Below are positions 40,515-53,507 of a stretch of 64,000 bases of DNA, piece after piece. Every line of letters begins with the position of its first letter. Within the stretch, counting starts at the first letter, position 1. Under the pieces are notes generated by a model that saw only the letters and a program-made list of their open reading frames with translations, made no database searches and was not told where the DNA came from. Both the position numbers and the translations under genes were made by a program. The DNA comes from Octopus vulgaris (Eukaryota). The stretch is taken from positions 40,796,001 through 40,860,000 of the forward strand of contig OX597822.1 of assembly GCA_951406725.2 (NCBI GenBank), in the 5' to 3' direction.

Positions 40515-41300
40515 AGACTCCCTTCGGTCATGACTGACCATGAGATTGCACCTAGAAAGTTACCCTCTCAGGCACAAGTCCGGGCAAGGTTGTTTATGGA
40601 AGACCAGCAGTCACCCATGCATACCAGCCTTCCCTCAACAAGCCACCGATGTTTATCCAAGGGAAAGGCAAAGACTGATACAGCTTGGCACCTGTGACGT
40701 CGCAACTCATTTCTACAGCTGAGTGAACTGGAGCAACGTGAAATAAAGTGTTTGCTCAAGAACACAACACGTAGCCCGGTCCAAGATTCGAACATACAAC
40801 CTCATGATCGTAAGCTTGGTGCTCTAACCAGTGAACAATGCGCCTCACTTAGTCCGCTTAGATGAGCATAAAATGAGAATACAATTAAACATAAAATAAA
40901 TATAATACCATTAATTTAGGTAAGCATACAATCTATTTTATATTTTCTTCATTCAATTTGGTTTACAATGATCAGTGAAGGCGCATAACTTAGTGGTTAG
41001 GGGTATTCGGCTCACAATCATAAGGTCGTGAGTTCGATTTTTGGCAGCATGTTGTGTCTTTGAGCAAGACACTTTATTTCACGTTGCTCCAGTCCATTCA
41101 GCCGGAAAAAATAAGTAGTACCTGTATTTCAAAGGGTCATCCTCGTCACATTCTGAGTCCCGCTGAATCTCTCCGAGAACTACGTTAAAGGTACGCGTGC
41201 CAGTGAAGTGCTCAACCAATTGCACGTGAATTTCACGAGCGGGCTGTTCCTTTGATCGATTCAACTGGAACACTCGTTGTCGTAACCGGCAGAATGTCAG
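40515..41300. mobile_element. Two family C-related SINEs, head to head (40515-40848 minus, 40980-41300 plus)
   Basis: Shared tRNA-like head and ttgagcaa..acactttatttcacgttgctccagt core, with different 3' tails. Confidence 0.8.
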
Positions 41301-42318
41301 TTACAATGATCAGATCAGTTTTATGAACCCTTGAGTCTTTAAACACCCTCTGTGACATGCTGGTTGGTGTCATAACATAGTTGCAAGATGTACGTCACCG
41401 TATGGATTCTTAACCAGGCTCTTTCAGTGCAGGAAACCTGGGGGTTCCAACCAGAAACCACGATAATGTTTATTATTATTTCTATTTCTGTATTACAACC
41501 TATAACGTTTTTATCGGTAAAATGAAGGGCATATGAAGGGCAAAGGAATTCGCTACAACAGTGATGACATAAAATGAAGGGCAAAGGAATTCACCACAAC
41601 ACTGGTGACAAGTCGTGCAAAGATAGAAGAGTTAAAACACCGCCGGCTGGATTCGAACTCACAACATCAATATCCTACTTTTAGAGGATTAATAAATTTT
41701 ATAAACTTGCAAATAGAAAATTTTAATTTCCTGTTTTTGTTTTGTTAATAGTAATAATTTGAACAGTTTGGGAGTGACAGGAAGAGTAGGACCAGAGTCA
41801 ACAATACTCTTCTCGGAATTCTAGCTTTATGGCCTAGTAGTTACCACTCTTTGTAGGCAGCGTATTTGAAATAATCGTATGGGAATGACTGCTTCCTAAT
41901 ATTTGTTCCGAGTCTCTTGCGTTCCGAGTTCAAATCTCATTTCTTTTTTACAGTCGATAAGAAACCTATAAAACCAGGGCAAGGGATTGACGAAACATGT
42001 TTCTCGGTGTTTGATACGATCCTTTGCGTTCTGAGTTCAAACCTCTACGGGGTTAACTTTGCTTTTCGTTCTTTCGCGGTCGGCATAAAAAAAATTAAGC
42101 CAGAACAATGAATTGGCAACCGTTAAAAGGTTGGGTGAGTGATGTATTTGAGCTGTGACAGTAACACCTGCGAAGGTCTCATACCAAGATTATCGGCCTA
42201 CGTTTGCGGCTTTCCTCCGAGATAAACATCGTTAGCATGGGGTTTATGTATAAGCTTGCATGCGCGAGGCAGTCTTCTTCAAAAGGATAGGACTAGGCAT
42301 GCGCTTACAAGTGTAGAT

Positions 42319-42533
42319 CACCGCTGGGTTAACCATTAAGCAAAATAAGCATGTGCTTAGGGCATCAAGGGAAGGGGAGCACCACAAAAATGGTAAATGG
42401 TCTACAGCACAAAAAAATCACTTTAAACTTGCTAAAGTAATATTCGAAGTGGTTTATAGTTTATTATTGTTTATATTTTGAAATACATATTTTTTAAATG
42501 CTTAGAGCCTCTATGGCTCTTAATCCGGCCCTG
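42319..42533. mobile_element. Probable hAT-type MITE
   Basis: Imperfect TIRs caccgctgggttaa and ttaatccggccctg, with subterminal tgcttag motifs. Confidence 0.5.
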
Positions 42534-44370
42534 GTGTAAGTGCATGCTCAACATTAACTAAGGGAGGTTCTACAGTCTCTACGTACGGAACTTGAAGTCT
42601 CAATGGTGGCTGTTTTTGACTTACATCCTTCAGAAGTCGATGACTTATGCCGCACTTAGAACCAAGGTCGAATTAATCGATTACATTTCCCCAATCTTGA
42701 GGTCCTAAACTCCTGTTAGTAATCAACACACTTCTGTCGCGAGGGAGGTTTACGTGAGGCTGCGTGTAAATGATGTAACAACACCTCGCAAACAATTAAT
42801 AGTAACTTTTATTTCACTGCACAAATAATTTTCGTGTTGGTCCTGAATTAGAAATTGCTACCAAAAAGTTTATACACTAGAAAGAATAATTCTGTAGCTA
42901 CAACAAATCGTTGATTCAGAAGGCTTTGTAAATAATCTGCCAAAACGGAAAATTATACTACACCGGGTTCATGACGGCGAACTGTGGCTGTTGTCTCCTG
43001 GATTGAGCAAACAGCCACTAGAACAACTTTTAAATGCAGTGAATGAATTGGCCGGTCTCTGCGCAAATAAACTTAGCAAGTGTGGAGACATTTCGTCTGG
43101 TCGTCTACGACATTCTAGGAAATTCGTGCTCAAAACTTGTCTATTCATAACCCATGTAAGGAAATATTCTAGGGGCTGCTAGAATGATTTGTCACGTGAT
43201 ATCTGACTGCTGTTAGGTCCATAACTCAGCCGCTCACATGAACAAGCTGTGATTCCAATTTTACAATTTGACGACTCGGTTTCAAGTCTTGCTACACTTA
43301 TATCTTACTCTATATTGAGGCATTGTGTTTCTAAATATAAAGAGAGTCCCGCTCCCTTTCAAAGGAGTATTTCCTCTCCAACGGAATTGTTGCATAGGGG
43401 ATTTGTAGGTAACGCTTCATGAAAATAATATAGCATCACGCGAACAGTAAATAATAACTTTTATTTTAACGCACAAGTGATTTTCAGGTAGGGTATGAAT
43501 TAGAAAGTTTCCACAAGCCAACACGACTGGAAGAATAATTCGGTGGCATTCACGAATAGTTGATTACAAAAGCTCTGTACTTAAGCTTGCCAATATAGGG
43601 GAAAATATATACATTAGATTAACATCGGCCAACTATAACGACATATCCAGGTTGAGTAGAAATCATGAAAACGACTATTATAAATAGCAAGGGAGTGTGG
43701 AGCTGGACCGTGAGTTGGCACACACAGAGGGTTGCTGTGAAAAATGGGCCTTTGTATAACCCTTGAAGTGAGATGTTCTAGAAGGATCTGTAGCAATCTA
43801 TCACGCGAAGGCTGACTGCTGATTAGTCATTAATCCGGCCACTCACATAAACAAGGTGTTGCTATACCGTGACTTAAACTTCGTAATCTGACGACTCGGT
43901 TTCGAGTCTTCCTACAGAATACTGCTTCCACGCCTGGAACGTTACTGTTGCTACGCTTACTACATCTACACATTCTGGACCGCTTCCAGAGAAGAAACAT
44001 TCGGTTGGATGGTTTTCCATCACTAACGGACGTATTCCAATATTTAACCCACACGCATGCTGTCTCCTACGCCATTTATACTTTTGTTGCTGCTTGTCAG
44101 AGATGGCTGGCCTTCCATCTACCTAACCTTACTCAGGTACTCCTGACCTAATTACTTCCCCTCCTCTCGGCACCATGGGTTCAACCAACTCCCTCCCCCG
44201 CACTAGCCACTATGCTCATTCCTTCTTCCTCACATCTCCTTCGAATCTCTTACCTGTTCATCTCTTTCCTACAGGTGTTGATCCGAAATAGTTTAAACGG
44301 AACTTTAATGACATCAGCACTCTCTCTCAGACACGTTCTCTCTCTTTCTCTTTCTCTCTCTCCCTCTTTC

Positions 44371-44406
<36 letters not shown>

Positions 44407-44594
44407 ACACACACAAGCACACGTACACACACACAGTCACACAAACAAAAAACAAACAATGAGCATTTTTGGCATTCTCCTTCCTTCAAAAAACACATTC
44501 TCTCTCCAACTTCCGGACAGTTACTTTTTTTGACCAGGTAACGACACATGGGCTCCTTCCTCCTTTTTCTTCTCTCTGGAATTTTTTCCAATTT

Positions 44595-44621
44595 CCGACG
44601 AAGGGCCATTTCCGAAACGTC
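44595..44621 (+). ncRNA. Hammerhead core (U4C) with decayed stem I
   Basis: CCGACGA a ggg-ccatt-tcc GAAA cg TC. Confidence 0.45.
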
Positions 44622-44790
44622 ATTTCAACTTCTATATATTTACTATGTAGCTTTTTCCTGATTTTCAATTTTCATTTGCTTATATATATATATATATATA
44701 TATACGACGGGCTTCTTTCAGAGTTCGTCCATCAAATCCACTCACGAGGCTTTGGTCAGCCCGAAGTTATAGTAAAAGACACTGGCCTAC

Positions 44791-44825
<35 letters not shown>

Positions 44826-45197
44826 CCGTGTGTGTGTGTTTTCCTGGTGCTAAAACAACAGTAACATCGTCCTATACAGGTCTGCCACGTTATGTTGGCG
44901 TATAAACATTACTATTCATATATATCTCTATATATATAAAACTGAGAATGTGTGTCTGTCTGTCTGTGTGTGTGTTTCCCTAAAACTTGAGAACTACACC
45001 ACCAATTTCATTGAAATTTAACACATGCCTTACTTAGGGTCCATGTAGTTTCATGGGCAAAAAAAATGTTCAACTTCTTGCCTAGGGCGAGCCCATAGCA
45101 ATATCATATCTTATAGGGAGAGTTTACGAAAAAATAGAAGACGAAGACAGGTGGTGTACAAAACAAACAGATGTACAACGCTCAGGAATAGAAAAAG

Positions 45198-45235
45198 CCT
45201 TTTACGTTTCGAACCTACGCTCTTCTACAGAAAGG
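45198..45235 (-). ncRNA. A6U-family hammerhead-like motif
   Basis: ccttt CTGTAGA A gagc-gtag-gttc GAAA cg TA aaagg. Confidence 0.55.
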
Positions 45236-45298
45236 GACACAGAAAAAACAAGGAGAGAAAAAATGTGTGTAGTGGCTAACGATCTATCATGGCGACAA

Positions 45299-45345
<47 letters not shown>

Positions 45346-45529
45346 CACACAAATGTATATGTGTAGCTGTATATGTATAGATGTATTTCTATAGATATAC
45401 ATGTATATGTAAACATGTATGTTTAGATGTATATATGGATGTACATGTAATATGTACACATATATATATACACATATATACATGCATACATAAATACACC
45501 CATACCGATACACCCACGCACACACACAG

Positions 45530-47965
45530 GTGCAGGTGTGGCTCGAATTCGTTTAGCAAGACACCATTTTGATTCGCCAAAGACCGAATAGTGGAACTAT
45601 TTCCTTGCCGAGCTTCCACCACTCGGGCCCATCCAGCGGCCTTGATTCCTTCACTTCCCTTCGCACGTAACTTAGCTCTGGCAATACTTCCCATGTGTTG
45701 GGCTTCAAGATGCTAGTTTAGCTCCAGTCTTTTCACCCTCGCTTGATCCGCATTAATAGTTCTCCAGGCTTCTAGTTCCTTAACTAGACCATCTCCTATT
45801 CTACGTCTCTTCTTAGCTAAACTTATGCTAAACCTAATATAGACTCATATTTGATGACTCTTTTTAGGGCGTACCACCATTTGTTATTAATGGTGGTACC
45901 TGTTAATGCCCTTTGTATTAACATCTCGATCCGCTTTCTGTACTCCTCAATCGCCAAAAGGGACGTATTGAGTTTCCAGTAGCTAGATCCCTAACTGCAA
46001 CTTATCTACTGTCAGTTTACAGGTAACCATCTTGTAGTCACTGTAGCTGACTAGAAAAAGCTGTGGACACTCGGCTATGGACTTATCTGTTTCTCTAATT
46101 AAAACCCTATCTAGATATGTTCTGGAAGACCCATCACTATTTGACCACGTCCACTGTGGAGTGTTCGGGTGTTCCAACCTATATGGATCTGCTAGCTGAA
46201 AGTGACTTAGCAGATCCCGTAAGCCTGGGTTACATTTTCTGTTCATATTCGAGCCAACACAATCTGTATATGCGTCACATATTGTCTCCTAACAATACTA
46301 GCGAATGCGACGTGGCAAGAAACTTGCCCAGGACACGAAAATATTCACTTTACGGGCCCATAATGTTGGATGCATAAATAGCAACTAGCCTGATTATCTT
46401 GCTGCAACTGAATGTCAGGTCAAGAACGACCAACTGCCTTCTGGGTCAGAAAAAAAACAACTTTTTCTCGGCTACCCGGTTTCTTTTTAGTATGACCAAC
46501 ACCCACCCCCAACTCCCGCCCGACACGGAGAAACGTATTTCTCATAGTCGTCCAGGAGGGGGTGCATATCTTTTGGCCCCTTTACCCGGGTTTCCGTTGC
46601 AGCAATCACATCCAATTTTCTTGACCTGATGTCATTTAGGAAGCGTTCTTGCTTCCCGCTAGACATCGGGCCACGAACATTTACACAACCAATGTGAATA
46701 GACATAACTTACCTGTTAATCTAGGGTGTCCGGTGTTTTTATCTCTCTCATTAAATCATCATTTTTGTTATGAAGTGCCACAATCTCTCTGTCCGCTACT
46801 TCTTTCATTGTTATTTTTGGTTGGACTCTTTATGTTGTTGTTTTTTTTTTTTTGGTTGTGGTTCTACTTGTTTTGGTTGGTTTTCATTTTCCATTTTTCT
46901 TTTGTTAATAACTTTCTTTTTTCTGTTTGTTTTTCTTTCTCTTCCTCCTCATCTTCAGATTCCTCCTCGCCTTCCTTACAGTATTTTTTTATATGGCCCA
47001 GCTGGCCACACTGAAAACAACGGGGTTTACGCTCTTCGACAAAAACGTTGAGGAACTCCTCCCCAACTTCTATTTTTTTCTGGAAGCTGCTCTAATATAA
47101 CCTGTTCTGTTTGAATTAACAGGTGGACCGTGTGACCGGTCAAATTTGCCTTTTCTGAAACGGTAGCCTGAAGTATTGTTACCTCATCTGCTCTTTCTGC
47201 CAGGACTGCCGCCATCAACCACATAGGGACGGCTTGAGGTAGGACGTTTGGTATTCGTATTTTGGATGTCCTCATACCCATGTATATTGGTATTAAAATC
47301 ACGTCTTCTGTTTCAAAGGATTTTACGAGTGCAATGTGCAGTTTCAATGTTTTTTAGGTGTACCGCTTTGGTACCGAACCTTTTCCCTCTGGCTAGATAT
47401 GTTATATCCTGCCAGATGGGCTTTAAACATTTTTCTACCTTCTCCTCGCTTACTAGTTCGATTTTTCTTTATTTTCGGCAGTATGTTTTAAACATAATTG
47501 TTTTTTTCTTCTCTGTCAATAAAAGCTCTTCTGGGGGTTGATCCTTGACAACGCCGTCTTGAATTATTATCATGTACGTTAAAATGTCACTTTTCTTCGT
47601 CGACAGATGGCAAGTTCTGTCTCCATCTGCAGACGCAAAACTTCTTTTTTGTTTACCCTTCTCCATTTGAAATCTTTTCACTTCGACACTCTTCCCTGCA
47701 ATGTCAGTCCTCGACAGTGGTGGGAATTCGCTCTCAGACGAATCCAAAACATCTTCCAACAATACTCTTTCCACCTTTCTGACCTCCAAATCTGTCGAAT
47801 CCTCGTCAAATGAATACAAACTTTTAGGCATCTTGCCAGCAATTTAGTGTTTCCCCCTACAGGGGAAAACACACAAATACAATAGGCAACAACACGGAAA
47901 CAGTCAACAGAAACTACACTTAATATACAGACGCACTTCGGCAACAATACCAACACTTCCAATTC
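45530..47965 (-). mobile_element. L1/Tx1-clade LINE, 5' half (5' UTR, broken ORF1, APE endonuclease of ORF2); RT absent
   Basis: ORF2 start MSIHIGCVNVRG...LDVIAATET, then IYASN, WTWSNSDGSSRTYLDRVLI, SDYKMV and YWKLNTSLL. Upstream ORF1 pieces are 47469-47831 and 47027-47347. Confidence 0.85.
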
Positions 47966-47981
47966 ACACAGACGAAATACA

Positions 47982-48355
47982 TATTTCTTTACTGCTCACA
48001 AGGGGCTACACACAGAGGGGACAAACAAGGACAGGCAAACGGATTAAGTCGATTACATAGTAACTGGTACTTAATCGATCCCGAAAGGATGAAAGGCAAA
48101 GTCGACCTCAGTGGAATTTGAACTCAGAACGTAGCGGCAGACGAAATAACTATTTCTTTACTACCCACAAGGGGCTAAACACAGAGAGGACAAAAAAGGA
48201 CAGGCAAACGGATTAAGTCGATTATATCGACCCCAGTGCGTAACTGGTACTTATTTAATCGACCCCGAAAGGAATTTGAACTCAGAACGTAATCGCAGAC
48301 GAAATACCGTTCAGCATTTCGCCCGGCGTGCTAACGTTTCTGCCAGCTCACCGAC
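47982..48355 (-). mobile_element. Tandem family B SINE copies
   Basis: The tail tatttcttta..cacaaggggct..acacagag occurs twice. The head ends near 48353. Confidence 0.85.
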
Positions 48356-48358
48356 CCC

Positions 48359-48406
<48 letters not shown>

Positions 48407-48659
48407 TACTGTGTGCAGAGAGATATAATCACTTATGGAATGATCTTATATGATCTCTTGATCAGTTGAAACCTGCAGCTATCGTTTTTTAACACTGAAA
48501 CAGGACTTTATATGAAACAGTTTCCGTAGCTAATCGTTCAATTAAGGGAATGGCCATTTATTCAAAGTAACATATGGATAAAAGACGTATATGTTAAATT
48601 AACTTAATGCTATTGATTACATTTGTAAGAAAACCTCAACTTTTCTCTGTTACAGACAT

Positions 48660-49600
48660 AAGAATTACCATTCCCTACTAAATCCGTGATGTTGAATTCA
48701 GATCTGTGAATTAGATTTCCTTATCGTGTCCAGATTTTGTGTAACCAAGATACACGCTTTTTTCTTCGTTTCTCGGATTTATAGCTTCAACAGACTAAGT
48801 TACTTGCCTGTGCCATGCTTTATGTTGGTTTGATTTAAATAATATTAAGAGGGTTGCTCTTCAGACACACAGTAATATTTCGCCAGCGAACTGGCATTCT
48901 GGACACCTAATCATTGAAAGAGCTCTCGTTCTGTTTGAATCAAGCATTATATTTCGATTGAAGTTCCCATGTCTGCTTTCCACAACAGAGATCTGCTAGT
49001 GGAAATGTGTACCATGCTCTTCAATTATAGCCCCAAGTATGGTAAGGAAGAAGTGAAGAATATAAAAAATAAAATTTAAGGAACATCCACCATCGTTTTC
49101 TTTCATAATATTTTATCATATTACCTGTCAGTTCACAATAGGTTTTAGGTCTATGTATCCATGAAAAATTCTAAACCCCAGCATGGCCGCAGTCAGAAGA
49201 TTGAAACAGCTAAAAGGTAAAAGGTATCAACGTTTGATGTATTTTTGTTGGTGAAGTCACCCATTTAATTTGTAACCTCACATTAAACACGGCAATTGCG
49301 AATGACATTATTTCTTTTACTTTTCAATCAAACTGCTAAGACAGCATTGCACTGTACACAACAAATATGTGGTGTTCAGTTCCTCTTGTTTCCTACTTAC
49401 AACGAAAACTGCACTTCTAGGCAAATTTTATTCTTAATACTTTCAATGTTTTTTTAATTATTCTTGCGTGTATATTGCCTATACACATATTTTTGTTGAA
49501 CTGCATCAAATAGACAAGCAGATTTAATAAAATTAATTATAAAACTAGATGCAAATTACAATCTCCTCCTCACTATGCCCTTAGATTATTTCTACAAGAG
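48660..49600 (-). mobile_element. Old, internally deleted DNA transposon, probably Chapaev3 (CMC superfamily)
   Basis: Minus-strand remnants VGNKRN*TPHICCVQC (about 49350-49397) and LGAIIEEHGTHFH*QISVVESRHG (about 48965-49037) resemble the GDQDKxWAPHICC and LGAVSDEHGERFHQDI motifs I associate with this family. Confidence 0.55.
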
Positions 49601-50174
49601 GATCTTAGAAGGAGATTTAAGCATGCATAGCGATAACGTTTTAGTTATTTCTAGCAAAATAAACGAGCATAAATATAGCGAAAAAACTTATTTAGTATCT
49701 TTAAAGAAAGAGCGCTTATTATCACTGTAACTAATAATGGGACAGTCAACTTCTTCCATGATATGTTAAATCTCAACACAACTAAACACTAACAGTAGGA
49801 AACAAAACTGAAAACTCATTCACACCATCAAAAGATACAACCTTCCTACCACCAAAATATTTCCATCTGAAAGAAGTTTTTTTTTTTTTTTATGCAGCCC
49901 TAATTCGCCCGCAGATTGGGAACGAGAAACTTCGAGTTGTGACTTGCGTAGGATCAGCATTGAATTAATGTTTTCCACTCCACCTAAGAATATTCAGTAC
50001 TTCGTTCTATAAATTGCAACTTAATAATGCCACAAGCTGACTGAAAGAGTGTCTCTAGACCGATTCTACGTGCAGAAAACCTAATGTGCAATTGATGAGA
50101 GCCTGACTATAATTTACTGAATGATTTTTACTCTCTGGATTTGAAGACTCTTCTCTCCATTTGTTACGACTAAC

Positions 50175-50212
<38 letters not shown>

Positions 50213-50702
50213 CAATTTACCCACAACCATGACTGTTTTCTTTTACTTTGTATCTAAGTAGGCGATCTGCAAGTAATAAGATGCACCAAGTGGTGTGCTG
50301 ATGACGTTTATTGAAGCAAGCCACGCAGATACAGTTGTCCGCTTGATCTCAATCAAAGTTTCCTTTTCTTTCGGGGAATTCGTGATAATTGAAATTTTCT
50401 CTTCCTTTCATTTGGAATAAGTGTTAAATTCCACAAGGAAAATAATACCATTTAGTACGGAAGTATTCTTCAGTATGATTGTTGTTATACCGTTGTCTTC
50501 ATGTAAATATTCTTTTATTCTTTTGCTAAGTGACGGAAACGTAAAGACACCAACATCGGTTGTCAAGCGATGGTGGAGAGAGAAAAATAGACACGAACAA
50601 CAAACACATACATACGTATATATACATATATATATATATGTATATATATACGTATGTATATATATATGTATGTATGTATACAAACAACAAACACATACAT
50701 AC

Positions 50703-50759
<57 letters not shown>

Positions 50760-51044
50760 CACATATATACATACACACACACACAGACACATATATGTAC
50801 ACACATATACACACACACACACATATATATACACACACACGCACATATACATACACACACACAAATATACATACACACACACACACATATATAAACACAC
50901 ACATACATCCACACACACATACATACACACACATATATATACACACACGTATATACAAACACTGACACACACATATATATATACATACATATACACATAC
51001 ATATCTACATACATACATATACACATACATATATACATACACAC

Positions 51045-51077
<33 letters not shown>

Positions 51078-51987
51078 CATACACATACATATACATACAT
51101 ACACATACATATACATACATACACATACATATACAAACATATATATATACATACACATATATATATATACATACATATATATATATACATATACACAAAA
51201 ATATATATATACATATACACACATATACATACACATACATATACACATACACACATACATATGCACATACGTATGCACATATACATACATATAAACATAT
51301 ACATACATATAAACATACATATACACATACATATACACATACATATACACATACACATACATATACACATAGACACACAGACACATACACACAGACACAT
51401 ACACATACACACACACACACATTCACACATACATATACATATACATATATATACATACATTTACACAGACATATATATATACATACATATACACATACAT
51501 ATAGAAATATATATACATACATTTACACATATATACATACACATATATATACATACATATACACATATATATCCATACATACATATACACATATATATAC
51601 ATACATACATATCCACATATATATACATACATACATATAAACATACATATATATACATACATGTACACATACATATATATATATATATATACATACATAT
51701 ACATATATATATATACATACATATACACATACATATATATATATATACATATACACATACATATATATATATACATACATATACACATACATATATATAT
51801 ACATACATACATATAGACATATATATATATATATATATATATACATACATCAGCCGAAATTACTACGATGATCCGGTTCTTGACTGAAGACTGAGGGTTT
51901 CGAATGTCCTGTCCGTGTTTATTGTATCGTCTTCTAAGAGTTATACGTTCTTGTCCATGTTGTATTTTTCTACATACCTTTACATAT

Positions 51988-52032
<45 letters not shown>

Positions 52033-52408
52033 CATATACACATACATATATATATATATATATACATACATATACACATAGATATATATATATATACATA
52101 CATATAAACATATATATATCTATATACATACATATAAACATATATATATCTATATACATACATATACACATATACATATATATATATATACATACATATA
52201 CACATACACATTCATACACACATACATACACACATACATGCAAACACATACACATACACACACATACATACAAACACATACACAGACATATATATATATA
52301 TATATATACACATACACAGACATATATATATAGACAAACATATACACAGACATATCTATATATACATACATATACACAGACATATATATATATACATACA
52401 TATACACA

Positions 52409-52458
<50 letters not shown>

Positions 52459-52467
52459 TCAGTAATA

Positions 52468-52822
52468 ATATAGGGTGAAATTAATTAATTTGGAATAATC
52501 ATTAATTTCACCAAGTAGATTTCGGCATGTAAAAGCCTCATTCGAGGAAAGTTTAAGTAATACTATGTAATTAAGGGTTTAGCAACGATTTGCCTCACCA
52601 CACACCGAATTTAGAAATAGCAGTCAAAGAGTTATAGCTATTCTTTCTACTAAAAGGGAGATCTCAGTAAAACCACAGCACTTGAAAGGCAAACACAGAC
52701 AGGCAAGAGAGAAAGAAATGACGGCAATCTATCATACAATTTTAAGTCACCTACGGACGTACGTTTCGAAATTAAGTTTTAGGAAAGCATAAGAATTAGA
52801 TAATTATGTCTTACCCATTTCG
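52468..52822 (-). mobile_element. Hammerhead-element relative of 36400-36830, truncated within the ribozyme
   Basis: Shares ctgctatttctaaatt..cggt.tgtggt with 36778-36808. The minus strand has atttc GAAA cgtacg TC, but the CUGANGA half is missing. Confidence 0.65.
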
Positions 52823-53105
52823 GAAAATTATCGGTGAAAATTTTCAAAAAATTTTTGGGGAAAATCTTCGGTGAAAACTTTCGAAACATTTTTGGGGAAA
52901 ATTTTCCATGAAAATTTTCTGTGTATGTGTATGTATATATATATATATACATATACATTTTTTGAAAATTTTCACCGAAAATTTTATATAAAATTTTTCC
53001 AAAATTTTAACCCGAAAACTTTTCCAAAACTTTCACCCGAACATTTTTCCTAAATTTTCACCCGAACATTTTTCCAAAATTTTCACCCGAATATTTTTCC
53101 AAAAT
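52822..53105. repeat. Opposed arrays of a roughly 25-bp AT-rich unit (aaaattttcacccgaacatttttcc)
   Basis: About 4 units at 53000-53105, with reverse-complement-like units (cggtgaaaatttt) at 52822-52920. Confidence 0.7.
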
Positions 53106-53133
53106 ATATATATATATATGTATATGTATATAT

Positions 53134-53193
<60 letters not shown>

Positions 53194-53374
53194 AAATATA
53201 TATGTATATATATATGTATATATATGTATATGTATATATATATGTATATGTATATATATATGTATATGTATATATATATGTATATGTATATGTATATATA
53301 TATGTATATGTATATTTATATATATGTATATTTATATATATGTATATTTATATATATTATATATGTGTATATTT

Positions 53375-53446
<72 letters not shown>

Positions 53447-53507
53447 ATTTCGTAGACAGGAACTGAAACAAATTGATCGTGTATATATGTATGTATATAA
53501 GTGTACG

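Noticed and set aside
52960-53105. 25-bp repeats as a CRISPR array
   Set aside because: Direct tandem units without unique spacers, in eukaryotic context with no cas genes.
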